Below the pieces are notes generated by a model. The model was not told the origin of the DNA and made no database searches. It saw only the letters and a list, made by a program, of their open reading frames with translations. 64,000 bases of DNA from Catajapyx aquilonaris (Eukaryota), in contig KZ538295.1 of assembly GCA_000934665.2 (NCBI GenBank), positions 62,001-126,000 of the forward strand, read 5' to 3'. Below are positions 1 to 12,092 of this stretch, in pieces; position 1 is the stretch's first letter, and the number at the start of each line of letters is the position of its first letter. Position numbers and translations under genes: made by a program.

Positions 1-1045
1 GAACGACAACTCCATCACGAAGTCAAAAACTACGTCAAGGACACAGAATGACGTCATTTACACCTGCTGACAGGAATTCTATAAGAAATAACAACGTGCT
101 AAATTTAATAATAGATGTGAAAAATAAATGTCAGGGTTGAATATATTCCACATTCGTCCTACTTCTACTAAAAAGTATTCATTAAAAACGTTTGATGGTT
201 ATAGTATTATTGGCAGAAGGAACTCAAGACCGGTTGTACCAGTAGCCTAAGGTTTAAGCGTTTAACAAATGTCATTTATTATTGAATCATGGCGATAATG
301 CCTTAGATGCAAATCCTCTGTATCGATACCTTCTATGTTGCATGCAGGAGTGAAGCAAATATTAACACATTCATCCGCAGTATTGTAAAACACGGAATTG
401 TTCATCCATCGCCAACTTTTTGCACAGATTGTTAGGCATTCGACAATGATTTCATTACGTAACTTGACGGATATTTATTTTACTAAACTGAAAGGTAAGC
501 TTCCTGGCTTTCCAAAAGCATGTGTGAGTGGAGGGGAAAGGTGGGATAGTCACACACTTCATGGCGTCATTCTGTTTAATAGTTATAGGCACAAGGAACG
601 TTATTTTTAATTACATCATAGTAGTATATACATATTATGGTGCACAGTACAGAAACCTGCAAAAGTAATGCTTCTTTCCAGTACTTACTTAGTAAAAGCT
701 TTTTTCTCAATTTGACTTAAATTCTACATAATGCCTTGTGGCTAAATTAAAAATTGAAAATATACTGCGAGATTCCAATATTATTAGCCTCACATTTGCC
801 TATACTAATTAAGCACTCTTATCTATAAGTTATATTCTTATGTAGAACAATCGGCCTACAAACACATGCCCATAATTTAAGAGCATGCCGGATGTTGCGG
901 TGTGCAATTAACAATGTCAACAACCTGTAAAAGACGATCAAGCACATGCTCATTAGCAGATTTCTGCTGCTGCGTTAAGAGGGCAAAAGTCACATTATAG
1001 TTGATCATGTCACTTGGCAAAAAACAGGAAGTACAGAGTCCGCTA

Positions 1046-1081
1046 TATAAAGAGTCTTGTAAGCACTGCAGGTCCTCAGTT
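1046..1081 (+). promoter_or_regulatory. TATA box plus initiator core promoter
   Basis: TATAAA at 1046-1051 and arthropod-type Inr TCAGTT at 1076-1081 (A at 1078, 32 nt after the first T of TATA); ATG follows at 1108. Confidence 0.7.
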
Positions 1082-1107
1082 CATTGCACGACTTTTAGCA
1101 CTCCATA

Positions 1108-1490
1108 ATGACGACTGCTGTTCGCATAATTTTCTTGCTCCTCCTAACTACAGGCGCTGTTCAAAGTGAGTATAATACTTTATTCTGCCATGTTCATTTT
1201 AATATTATACAGGGATTACACACTCCATATTATTTTAACAGGCAGCCAAGTTAGCTGCACAAGGTTACTGAATTATTGTCTTTTCCATTTCAGTGATGAT
1301 GAATCCCGAGTGTCCCCAAATGGTCACGTTCAGTTATTGCAGCGACACCGAATGCGCTAGCCAGCACGACTGTCAAGGAGAAATGTGCTTCAACGTCACT
1401 TGTCTTTTGGTATCTTCCAAATTCACAAATGGTCATCAGCGTCCAGTCACTACCTCTGCATTTTTGACTACAGTTGCTGGAAAGACCTAG
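1108..1490 (+). CDS. Small secreted Cys-rich peptide (2 exons, 1108-1165 and 1294-1490), degenerate WAP-like spacing
   Basis: Exon 1 encodes signal-like MTTAVRIIFLLLLTTGAVQ, followed by a phase-1 GTGAGT donor; acceptor ttttccatttcag gives in-frame MMMNPECPQMVTFSYCSDTECASQHDCQGEMCFNVTC...stop. An alternative acceptor at ~1241 is possible. Confidence 0.55.
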
Positions 1491-2120
1491 TTGCAACTTT
1501 GATTGCAACACATGAAACGCCTTCAGAGAATATTAGTGATTCATTAGCATAATTATATTCGGTGTTGTGTGCGCCTACTCAATTTGACTGCATTTATTGT
1601 GATGGTGTGAGCATAATATCTCATATTATTGTTTCGGGGGACAAAATGTAATGTCAAGCATATTTCTGACGAGCGAGTCATTTCGCTCAATAATGTAAAA
1701 GTGTGTCAGTATGTCACAGAATCACCATTAGGTGCACCTGCCCTATATTAGACGACTGTCGTAGTAATAGCCTAAAGCATATGAAGGTAGTTTTAGTGTG
1801 ACTCAAAACTTGTACTGAATTCGCTCCAATGTTTCTTGCCAATTTCTAGTCGTAAGGATGAAACTTGTAACAATGTTGGCCCGGGAATAATCAACGAACT
1901 TCAATTTCATTAAGTCAGCATTGAGTGTATCGCCTAAAATAATCCAAATAAATAATAAATATGTATATACGGCAGTATTTATATAATTACAAATCCTTTT
2001 GTGGTCCCAAATGATTCACTTGGTCAATTGTAACATTTGCATTGTATAACTTTTTTAAATATTCCTGTTGAAGTCTCTGTTGTAAAATATAAAGCAGCGA
2101 GATATAAAACGCCACGTGGT

Positions 2121-4034
2121 TTACTGATAATCAGTGGTTTGCAACTCTACTTCTTCAACTTTCTCAGTATCTTCCGGCACTTTCACTTTCCGTTTCTTGT
2201 CACTTTTGTTGTCCTGAATCACTGCTTCGCTCCGGATGAATCCCAGGTCTCCATCTCTGTATGGAGCAGCCAGCTCTCTGGAAAAATTAATTTGACAAAT
2301 TTTTTTTGCCTCTTTAAATAAATATGGATCATAAGTGTAACGACGAGGCTTACATGGCTTCAGCATCTCTATCGTATGACTTCACTTCTCGTTGTGAAGA
2401 CAGGATGAAAAACAGCCTCCTGAAAATCTCCTCCTCTTCTCTCTTACGCACTTGCGGATCCTCAGCCCCTTTTTTCTAACGAAAAAATATGCTATTATGT
2501 CACTCGAAATTATTATTTGCTGTGACCTACCTTCAGTGAGTCTTTCAGCAAGTTGCACGCCTCATCTATGATGGCCTTTAACTTGTCGCAAACTGCCTCG
2601 TTGTAAGCAACATCATCCTTCAGCATGTCCAACTTGAAGTGCATATCCTCCTGCTCCTCGACCAGCGGCCTCATCTTCTGCTTCTCAGTCTCCTTCAGCT
2701 TCTGCAGCCTCTCAGTCTCGTCTCTCTCCATCACGAACAGGACTCCGACAGACATCTTCTCCTCCAACTTAGCCTCCAGTACAGCGCATCGCTTCCTCAG
2801 CTCCGGAAGCCTCTGGAATAAGCAACGATTGGAACAGAAGCTTCAGGACAAACTGTGACTTACCTTGTCCTTGAGGCAGACTTGCCAGAGCAGCTCCTTG
2901 TTCTGATTCCTGAGGGTTCTGATCCTGGCCTTGTTGCTCTCGATCTCGTCATCGATCTCCACCATCTCAGCTCTGGTTCTGACCAGCTCGTGTCTCTGCT
3001 CCTTTTCCTCTATGGTGGCTGACAGTTCCTCGTTCATCCTTCTCCATTCCCAGTCCTTCATCTCGGCTCTCCTTCTGCGACGGTACCTCATCGACATCTC
3101 CCAGGAGCACTCGATGGCCTCCTTGGCGCTGAGCGCGTTGTCTGCAGACGTCTTCTGCTTGGTCTCCGCCTGTACTCTGTGGTACCTGATGAGAATATAG
3201 TCACGCAAAATTGGCAAGATCCTGTTATAAAAGCACCGATCATTACCATTCCTCCTGGTCCTTCAGCTTCTGAACCAGATCCTGATATTCCTTCTCGTAG
3301 TTATCTCGGTTGTCCCTGAAGTCCTCTACTTTGTTTACAATGTCCTGAAGTGCTTCCATCTCCACAGTCAACTCACGTGTCATTGTGTTAAATTCATCAT
3401 CCATTTGCCTGTAAAAGTTATGACGGCAGGTGGCAATATCTCAAAAGCAATTTCGGACCTTATGGGCAAGGTCATGAAAAAAAACCCTTGATAAAGTGCT
3501 GAGCGCGCCACTTTTACTAAATATGTGGTACACATGTACTTGTATGTCTACAATAAACTGTTTGTACTGACTTTTTTCCTTCCTCTTCCAGCTCCGCTTG
3601 TGCGTCCAAGCTCTCGTGCAATCCTTTCAACCTGAGCTTTTCTTCTCCATACTTCTCCTCCTCTTGTGCCAAACGACGCTTCAGATAGTGGATAGTGTCG
3701 GCGGTTTCTTCTTTCACACGTGTAATCTCAGCTTCTAGTTGAGCATTACGACTTTCATAGTCATAGCCCAGGTACTTTTGCCTTCAATAAACACACGGGA
3801 TTATTTTTTTAATGTTTATGTATAGGCTACAATCACGTGTTGTGATTATTGCTTATAGTTGTTGCAATACACAATTGTTGGACTGTTTCACTTGCGTATT
3901 AAGAGTGAGACTGACCTTGCGATTTTTCTATGGAGATCTGCTATGAGTAATTCGAACAATGTTCGGTCTACCTCCGGGAAGGGGTTGACTTTCTTCTGCT
4001 TTCCGCCTTTCTTTCCCTTTCCCTTGGGAGGCAT
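2121..4034 (-). CDS. CFAP157: Cilia- and flagella-associated protein 157-like coiled-coil protein (about 7 exons)
   Basis: N-terminus MPPKGKGKKGGKQKKVNPFPEVDRTLFELLIADLHRKIAR, then KEETADTIHYLKRRL, long coiled coils and C-terminal YRDGDLGFI, resembling recalled CFAP157 motifs. Exons approx. 3916-4034, 3572-3781, 3248-3408, 2864-3181, 2531-2812, 2354-2475 and 2121-2278 with GT-AG ends. Confidence 0.75.
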
Positions 4035-4724
4035 GGTTCTGCTCTTGGAACCTGCCCTTTTCCCAAGTTAAAACCGTCCCACTCAAAAGAGTCAACAAGT
4101 TTCCTTGGAAACATAGGTGGAAGAGGTCGATAACTTGTCTGCATCAGCACTATGAGAAATTATTGGATCTACTGGAAATGAATAATTCATTACACTTTTA
4201 TTCACCTATGCAATTGGGAACTTGGGTAATGCACCACCCTGTACCCTTCTCAGCCTTTCTTTCAACCTTGACCTTTGCAATCTTGAACCTAAAATCGGAC
4301 ATAAAATGAAGAGACATGTTTACTTACACATTCCACAAATTAATTGAGTGCATTGCAGATAAGCCTTTACAAGTTTTATCAATAACAGGAAATCGGGTCG
4401 TTAAAAATGTCATAGGTCAAGGTGATGTAGTCAAATCTTACCGGATGAATCAATAAATTATTTTAAGATCATTTTAATGCCAGAAGAACAGTCAAATAAT
4501 GTTTATCGATTTATTGTTATTTGTTCGACAATGAATTAAATTGAGCCAATCATTTGGGGTCTACACGATAACTCTTAATATAGTCTCGTGCGTGTTTGAT
4601 AAAAAATTTCTTGCTCCGCACGTGCAGAGTGTATGATGAAGATAAGCCTAATAATTAAAATTGGCACATATTAGCCTTTGAAAATATTTAATAGCGAGGT
4701 AACGAGATGAATAAATAAGCAAGT

Positions 4725-4797
4725 GGCCCAGTGGCGCAACGGATAACGCGTCTGACTACGGATCAGAAGATTCCAGGTTCGAATCCTGGCTGGGTCG
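4725..4797 (+). tRNA. tRNA-Arg (anticodon ACG)
   Basis: GGCCCAGTGGCGCAACGGATAACGCGTCTGACTACGGATCAGAAGATTCCAGGTTCGAATCCTGGCTGGGTCG: canonical cloverleaf with A and B boxes; Pol III T-run at ~4808-4815. Confidence 0.97.
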
Positions 4798-7700
4798 CGC
4801 ATGTCCCTTTTTTTTATTTCTTTCTGGACTTTGTAATAAGGCATCTGCCTAAAATATGCCATGATAAAGGACGCATTTATGATTGTAATGCAATAATTAC
4901 TGATTGCCAATGGTCCTATTCATTCCCCCACCCTTTTTTTGGACCCATTGGACTGACGTCCTGAGGGGCTGGGTGGGAGGTTGTACAAGTATATGCCATC
5001 CCTAACTCTGACCTGGAAGGAGAAGGTGCTGTTACCCACGTAATTAGGTGTTTCTTGGCCGGTACCAGTGTGTTGACCTTACATGTAAGTGCTGTGTACT
5101 ACGATTAATGTAGTCATTTTTGAGGTTCATTACACTTCATTATAATAAAAGTAGGCTATTCACAGAAAATATATTACTTGTATTTTGTGCATGTCTCAGA
5201 TTATAGTGATCTTTTTTTAATGGCTGACTCTGCACAAAATAATATATTTTCTGTGGATATTATTGTTAACAATATCAGAAGTGAATAAGATGATGAGTTT
5301 TTTTTCTGCCTGTCTGTTGCCTGAAGTGCAAATATGTATCAGGGTTTGAATATGTATGTTTAGAATTGCATTAAATTTTCAAACATTCCTAGGAGAAGAG
5401 CTATATCATTTCAAAATGTTATATAGTCCCATATTATTCACGAACCATTGCATTTGATGGTTGCAGAATGTGGCAACCCTTCAAGTGGGCCTTTTATGGG
5501 CCAATTTGACTGAACATATTAGTTTTAATTATTATTAATAACAAACTGGACACGTTCTATCAATACTGCTGTCAATATTTAAAATTTCAAAACTTTCCAT
5601 ACTTTTACTGGGGCAGTGCATTTAAAAATTATTATTGACAAAAGTGCTGGTAGAGTTTTAAAATTGCAAACCCTAATTTTCATAACTCAGAGAACAACTT
5701 GAACCTGGTCCAAAATTTTGGACACATTTTCTCTGTTTGACAATGGATTGTGCTGTAGTAAAACATTTGGCCAGCATTTGGCAGATGAAGTTATAGCCAG
5801 CTGGCTGCAGAGCCATCTTGCTCTACCCTATTTTTACTACTGGAGGGGAAGGGAGGGTAGAGGGAAGTTTGCTGATCATTGTTGAATCCATGAGCATCAT
5901 CGATATGTATTTTCCGAAGATATTGACAATAATTATGTAGGCCGCAGGCCTTTAAAAAAAGAAGTCATCACAGACCGGTAGTTACCTATACAGTAAGTTC
6001 TATCTTTTTTGCCATTTCAGATGGACCACTTCCCGACGAGATGTGCCAGATTTTATTTATGAAGTTGACCTAATAGTCTGGTTTGAACCCAATAATTATT
6101 AACGCCTTACCGATGTCCAATGGCAAACTTGCTGCGAAAGGGATTCAAAGAGATGTGCAGGTGGGAGCGAATTCGGGCTATTATTTTGGCCTTGGTGTAT
6201 TGCACTGGATAAGGGGCTGGAAAATGTGGTAAAAAAAGATGGGATAGTCAGGTTGAAACTTGTGAGTGCCCTCGCAAACCAGCACATTATTTTGAAATCG
6301 GGAAAATGTGGAGGGAGATTCAAGGCGACGACGGTGGACAATTGACAATTTGCAGACACTTCCAGACGGTGTCAGTCGAGTCAGTGTTGCCTTTTGTCGG
6401 GGCCTTTCTGCCCCGGGGTCACGTTGACCCCTGTAGATGTAGAGTCAGTGCAGTGCTTCATTCGTGGACGGAGGACTTTGGCTGCCAACACCAAACCTGA
6501 CGAGCAAAATCATCGAGGGCACCAGTGTACAGGGTGTGCCGAAAAGGACCGTGGAAGTCGTCTTGTACCTATGGGTTTTCAAAACTAGTGTTTTTGGCTT
6601 CTCATTGGGATGACTTTGACCGGATCCTGATTAGGCGCACCCTATACCGCACTACCACCGCTGGACAGAAGACTACATTACTCTGATCATGTGGTTATGA
6701 TATGACGGTATATATGTCGCGTGTGCCTATACACCTCACGTGTCATTAGCCTCATCAACGTGCCACATGATTATCGATGCTTCGAAGGTCAAAAGGTGAG
6801 AAGGGCCCTGAAAAAGCATCCGGATATACGGTGGCGATGCGAGGGGGATTCAGAGGTTTTGTAAGATGACCCCGAACATTGTTGCCCAGGTTGTCTTTTT
6901 CAACCCGAACTTTGCGGACCACTTGAGCTTATTCTACCGACGATATCGAACAGCAATAACCGAGATAATTGCAATAGTTAGGTCTTATTTTTGCGCCGTA
7001 AGACTCTTACTAACTGCTACTGCGAGGCAGTAAAGAAAATCAGACGGACTTGAAACATTCGCGTAGATGTCAATATGTCACAGGGACTTTCACTCTGATA
7101 TTAGGAATCCCCGCATTACGTTGGATGTACAGTAACTAGCCAACATTTTTGCAGCCTTTCATACTCGAAACTGAGAAATATTATTAGTAAAAATCACAAT
7201 ATCTTTCAAGTTGGCAAGAAAGAGTATAGGCATGATGTTTGAGAGAGAGGCGCGGGACCTGGATGAATTTCAGGTCCGATTTCGCAAGTGTACATTTCAT
7301 TGCGTGTGTTTAGTTAATCTTGTTTAATTCCAGTTCAACACTCAGGTACGACACAAATTATTGGTTGGTAAGAATATTCATGTGCTCAAGTTACATATTA
7401 CACGGTGTGATTATGAGCCCAGCCCATCTTACCAGCCTACTTATTTTATTATCATAATAAAATAAGTAGGCCTAGTTTCAAAATATTGCACAGATGCAAT
7501 GATATTCACTCGATTGATTTCATAATGTGCAAGCAATTTTCCTAGTCATTCAAGATAATTATTATCATTTATTTAGAGCGTGTAACCTATCTCATGGAGA
7601 GATGGAGAGGCGCAAAAAAAAAAGTTATTTTGTCACTATCACGCCGAATATTCAGCTTTTAGAAAAAGGGAAGCTGATTCTGGGCAACTGAGTACAGCGC

Positions 7701-8330
7701 ATAATGCGCAGGAAATTGAGCACAGTGCAATAAGAGGTGTGAGAGTGTAATTATAGTTTTTATATAACCGGCCAGGGCAACATGAAAGTAATTTTTCGAG
7801 CAGTGAGAATGTTAGTTGCCCGTCTCCTAATGAATGGTGCAATCACTGCAGTGTGTATGTGGAAAGCTTATTCCACGGGTATTATGATCACGGTCTTGGT
7901 AGTGACTGTTCAAAAAGTATGGTGTATGGTGCAGTATGTGGAAAGCTTCCACGGGTAATGCTGTATGATGAACGTCACTCATGGTAATATTGGTAATTTC
8001 ATGTCCCGTTCAGATATACAGTAGTCTGAACTATCTACGTCGTTTTTTTTTCCTCGTGCATGTTTTCTTTTCAGCCAACACCCGCTGTTTTCGGTTGTGG
8101 TATGACGGATATGGTTCTCTTTGCGTCGCGTCGCTGAGAAGCCATATAGATGCGTAGATGAAGCAGAATATACGCGTCGGATCGAAATCCGATTATTATA
8201 TAGAGAGCAGGCCGAGTCAGGGTTATAGGACCGTTTCTTTTTCAGCACCACCTGAGGTTATACGCGTAGGATCAAAATCCTTAGAGAATTTGCTTTAGAT
8301 CAGGCAAAGTCAGGTCATATATAGGATATA

Positions 8331-8892
8331 CAGGGTGTAAATGAATTCAACCGACAAACTTCTCGGGGTGATAGAGGGGACCAAGACAAACATTTTTGAC
8401 ATAGGAAACCGTGTCCGGAAACGCCATCTAGAGGGGGTTCATAGACGAGGAACGGGTGCGCTCAGACACGTCACGCTAGAGGCGCAAGTCGAGCGGACTG
8501 TTTTGTTGATAGATGGCGCGCAGTTGTTGCCAGGTTATGGCGTATCGCGTCGTTGTAAGTAAACAACAACACGATACGCCATAACCTGGCAACAACAGAA
8601 CCGCTGTTGACTATCCGCGCGTCTCCTAAGAGGCGAACTTTAGTTGCTAGATGACTCTGTTGTTGCCACGTTATGGCACATCGTATCGTTGGTTACTATC
8701 CGAGCGCCATCTATCAGCAACACAGTCCGCTCGCCTAGCGCCTCCCGCGTGACGCGTCTGAGCGCACCCATTCCTTGTCTATGAACCCCCTCTAGATGGT
8801 GTTTCCGGACACGGTTTCCTATGTCAAAAATGTTTGTCTTGGTCCCCTCTATCACCCCTAGAAGTTTGTCGGTTGAATTCATTTACACCCTG
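8331..8892. mobile_element. Tc1/mariner-type MITE, copy 1 (562 bp, ~190 bp TIRs)
   Basis: TA|CAGGGTGTAAATGAATTCAACC...GGTTGAATTCATTTACACCCTG|TA; long inverted arms and TA target-site duplication. Confidence 0.92.
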
Positions 8893-9240
8893 TATAGGAG
8901 CGTTTTCTCTTTCAGGATAGGTGTCTGCAATCAACCGAGAATTATTATTCTGTCCGTCTCCTCCGTCACTTTGTGGGTCCAATAGTTGTCGTGATGCCCA
9001 CACAGACGGATGTCGGACGAAGGGACGGTCACCAGTTGGCCCGTCCAAGGTACCGGTATGAATATAGCTCAGTGGTCCGAGGTCACGGGGTATATGACCT
9101 CATAGAATCACCGTTTGTTCGCCCATTAGACCTGTCAGGTCACCCTCGCCGGTGTGGGCATAAGGCCATCTTCATCTCGCAGTGTAATTTATTGGGCCTT
9201 TTTAGAGTCATTCGGCAGAAAAGAGGTGCCAGCCTTTAAT

Positions 9241-9802
9241 GTGTAAATGAATTCAACGGATAAACTTCTAGGGGTGATAGAGGGGACCAAGACAAACATT
9301 TTTGACATAGGAAACCGTGTCCGGAAACGCCATCTAGAGGGGGTTCGTAGGCGAGGAACGGGTGCGCTCAGACGAGTCACGCGAGAGGCGCAAGTCGAGC
9401 GGACTGTTTTGTTGATACTGTAGATGGCGCGCAGTTGTTGCCAAGTTATGGCGTATCGCGTCGTAGTAAGTAAACAACAACACGATACGCCAAAACCTGG
9501 CAACAACAGAACCGCTGTTGACTATCCGCGAGTCTCCTAGGAGGTGGACTTTAGTGCTAGATGGCTCTGCTGTTGCCACGTTGTGGCACATCGAATCGTT
9601 GGTTACTATCCGAGCGCCATCTATCAACAAAACAGTCCGCTCGCCTAGCGCCTCACGCGTGACGCGTCTGAGCGCACCCATTCCTTGTCTATGAACCCCC
9701 TCTAGATGGCGTTTCCGGACACGGTTTCCTATGTCAAAAATGTTTGTCTTGGTCCCCTCTATTACCCCTAGAAGTTTGTCGGTTGAATTCATTTACACCC
9801 TG
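9241..9802. mobile_element. Same MITE, copy 2 (left terminal CAGG missing)
   Basis: Near-identical to 8331-8892 in the same orientation; right end CACCCTG|TA intact. Confidence 0.9.
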
Positions 9803-10066
9803 TATAGATGTCGTAACAGGAGACGCAGGAAACTCAGGTATTTTCTTCAGTGGCAAGTACTGTATCCATTATGGCATAATCATTGCAACTTGTTTGCGAT
9901 TTTGCATTGTTGTACTTGTGTAGTTAGCGTGCTATAATTATGTCCCTCGAGGGACTGGATGGCACGGCATTTTTCCTGCTAAGTAACTTCACTTTAAGCC
10001 AACATTCCAAAATTTCGTTCAGTAAGATTATTGTTTAAATTACTTTGATTTTTGAGTAAATAATAT

Positions 10067-10560
10067 CCCACCAAAAACCTTTCTGTAAAAAAAATGGCCA
10101 AGTTCTCCTGACTGCTTGGCCGTAAAAAGTGGTGAGATCTGAAATACGACCAAGTTCAACGTCGTTGTCAATTACTGGCATTCTGAACTTCTTCAACCTA
10201 AACCACTAACTTTATTTTTCCAGGTCGACCTTAAGTTTAATCATCGAAAGATTTTAATGGAATTTCTCTTGCTGTCACTTGGCCATTGCTCTTAAAACAT
10301 TGAAACAGTTGTAGAATTCAACAATACCTCGGACATGAGCAATGGCCAAGTGACAGCAAGAGAAATTCCATTAAAATCTTTCGATGATTAAACTTAAGGT
10401 CGACCTGGAAAAATAAAGTTAGTGGTTTAGGTTGAAGAAGTTGAGAATGCCAGTAATTGACAACGACGTTGAACTTGGCCGTATTTCAGATCTCACCACT
10501 TTTTACGGCCAAGCAGTCAGGAGAACTTGGCCTTTTTTTTACAGAAAGGTTTTTGGTGGG
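10067..10560. mobile_element. Foldback element: ~225 bp near-perfect inverted arms, 45 bp spacer
   Basis: Arm 10067-10291 is the reverse complement of 10337-10560 with few mismatches; termini CCC...GGG flanked by AT on both sides (possible 2-bp TSD, as in animal CACTA/EnSpm-type elements). Confidence 0.8.
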
Positions 10561-10599
10561 ATTTCACCTCTTTTTGTAGGCAGGAGTGTAGGATAATTA

Positions 10600-12092
10600 T
10601 AAGAAAGCTTGGGGAGCCCCCTACGGTTGGGCTTGGAAGCAATGATCCGTTAAATATTCCAAATAAGGTAATGAATAACTTAGAGCAAAATGTGTAGGTT
10701 ATATACGAAAGTATGTAAAACTATCTTTTCCTCTGAATAGGTATGATTTTCTTCAGCTTTCTCATATTACGCTTCCTTTTTTTCTGTTCTGGTTGTGCGA
10801 ATTGGACACCTGATACACCTGATCGCATAGCCCATTCGTGATCCTTAACCACTTCTGTCGATGCCTTATTAGCCCTTTTGAGTATGGATAAGTCTGGTCG
10901 GTAAACAGATCTCAATCTATCGTACTCCAGAATAGCTGACTCTTGAGCCATGATGTTAGTAAAGGAGGCATTGATGAGATGCACTCCATTGATATACTTT
11001 TAACTCTGGAAAGAGCCACGTAGGCTTGACCGCACGAGAAGACAGAGGAACCCATATTGATGAGTGCATTAGTGAGACTCAGGCCTTGGCTCTGTCCTCT
11101 GTATGGTAATGGCATATGCCACACAAATTGGGAATTGTTCCCTGTACACACAGGCTGTTGATGACCTCGAATTTTGTATTTGTATTATTTTGTATTTGAG
11201 GTATTTAGGAATTTGTAGTTGTATTTGTATGAAATATTTGTATTTGTATGAAATGCAATCGCAGCTTCAGTGAGATAGCTAGCGGCAGTGACGTAGCCAG
11301 GAATCCAGTTCGGGGAGAGGTCCGCCGCAGGCGAAATTTTTTCAGGTTCAAGGTCACACGAGCTTAGGTGAATATGGGAGATTTGAATGGGTGTGTATTA
11401 GATGAAATTGGTAGCACTTCCCCCCACCCCCAAATAATCATGAATTGGTAATTTCCTTGACAGGATTTTTTTAACCCACAAGATTTCGGGGGGGGGGGGA
11501 AGGGAGGGGGTGAGGAGATGAGAACNTGTTGGCTAGCGGTATGCAGGAGGGGGGAGGGATGTGAGATGAGAACGTGGGGAAGGCAGGAGGAGCACCAGCA
11601 TAACTGGAAATTCAAAGTAAAAAGTCATCCGTGTTAAAAATGCCGCATCTGGTCAGCAGCAGCAGACTTCGTGAAAATATTTTTTTTTTGAGCATTTAGA
11701 CTCAAAAAAGTGCCGTTTTCAGATTTATTCTGGTGTTTGTTTGACAAGCTCTACCAGCATACCAAATTTCAGCATCCTAGGACCACGCGAAGTACCGTAT
11801 AATTTTGATGATCAGTGAGTGAGTCAGTGAGTCAGTGAGTGATGAGTGTCATATTTTGGCCGTTTCGGGAGTTTTTAGGATTTTTTAAAGTCGGAAATGA
11901 AAAGAGATATGAACATGGACGTAAGGGGGCATTATTTTTAATCGATTTTTATCTACCCAAATAAAATTTTTGAAGCCACGTGTGTTCACCAGTGCGAAGA
12001 TTCGAGGGGGTCAAAATGACGTGAGTTGTGTCGGGTAAAGGTGGTCCGGCAGTGCGGCGAGAACTTGGCGGGGGCACTGCCGTGCCCCCTAA
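10600..12092 (-). mobile_element. Internally deleted Helitron2/Helentron-like element
   Basis: Terminal hairpin GGGGGCACTGCCGTGCCCCC (~12070-12089) next to a T-run, (GTGAGTCA)n microsatellite at ~11813-11845, helicase remnant, and a GC-rich GGGGAGCCCCC stem at ~10611; boundaries approximate. Confidence 0.55.
10721..11145 (-). pseudogene. Frameshifted C-terminal fragment of a Helitron Pif1-like helicase
   Basis: REQFPICVAYAITI / SQGLSLTNALINMGSSVFSCGQAYVALSRVKSI / HLINASF: Pif1 motifs V-VI split by frameshifts. Confidence 0.88.

Noticed and set aside
2625..3200. Ser-rich plus-strand ORFs
   Set aside because: Antisense shadows of the Glu/Lys-rich CFAP157-like exons.
6700..7035. Coding-like stretch (SIRIYGGDARGIQRFCKMTPNIVAQVVFFNPNF...)
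   Set aside because: Stops nearby, no coherent splice model and no recognisable family.
8341..9792. Repeated ORFs MNSTDKLLGVIEGTKTNIFDIG...
   Set aside because: They are translations of the MITE inverted arms on both strands, with no transposase motifs.
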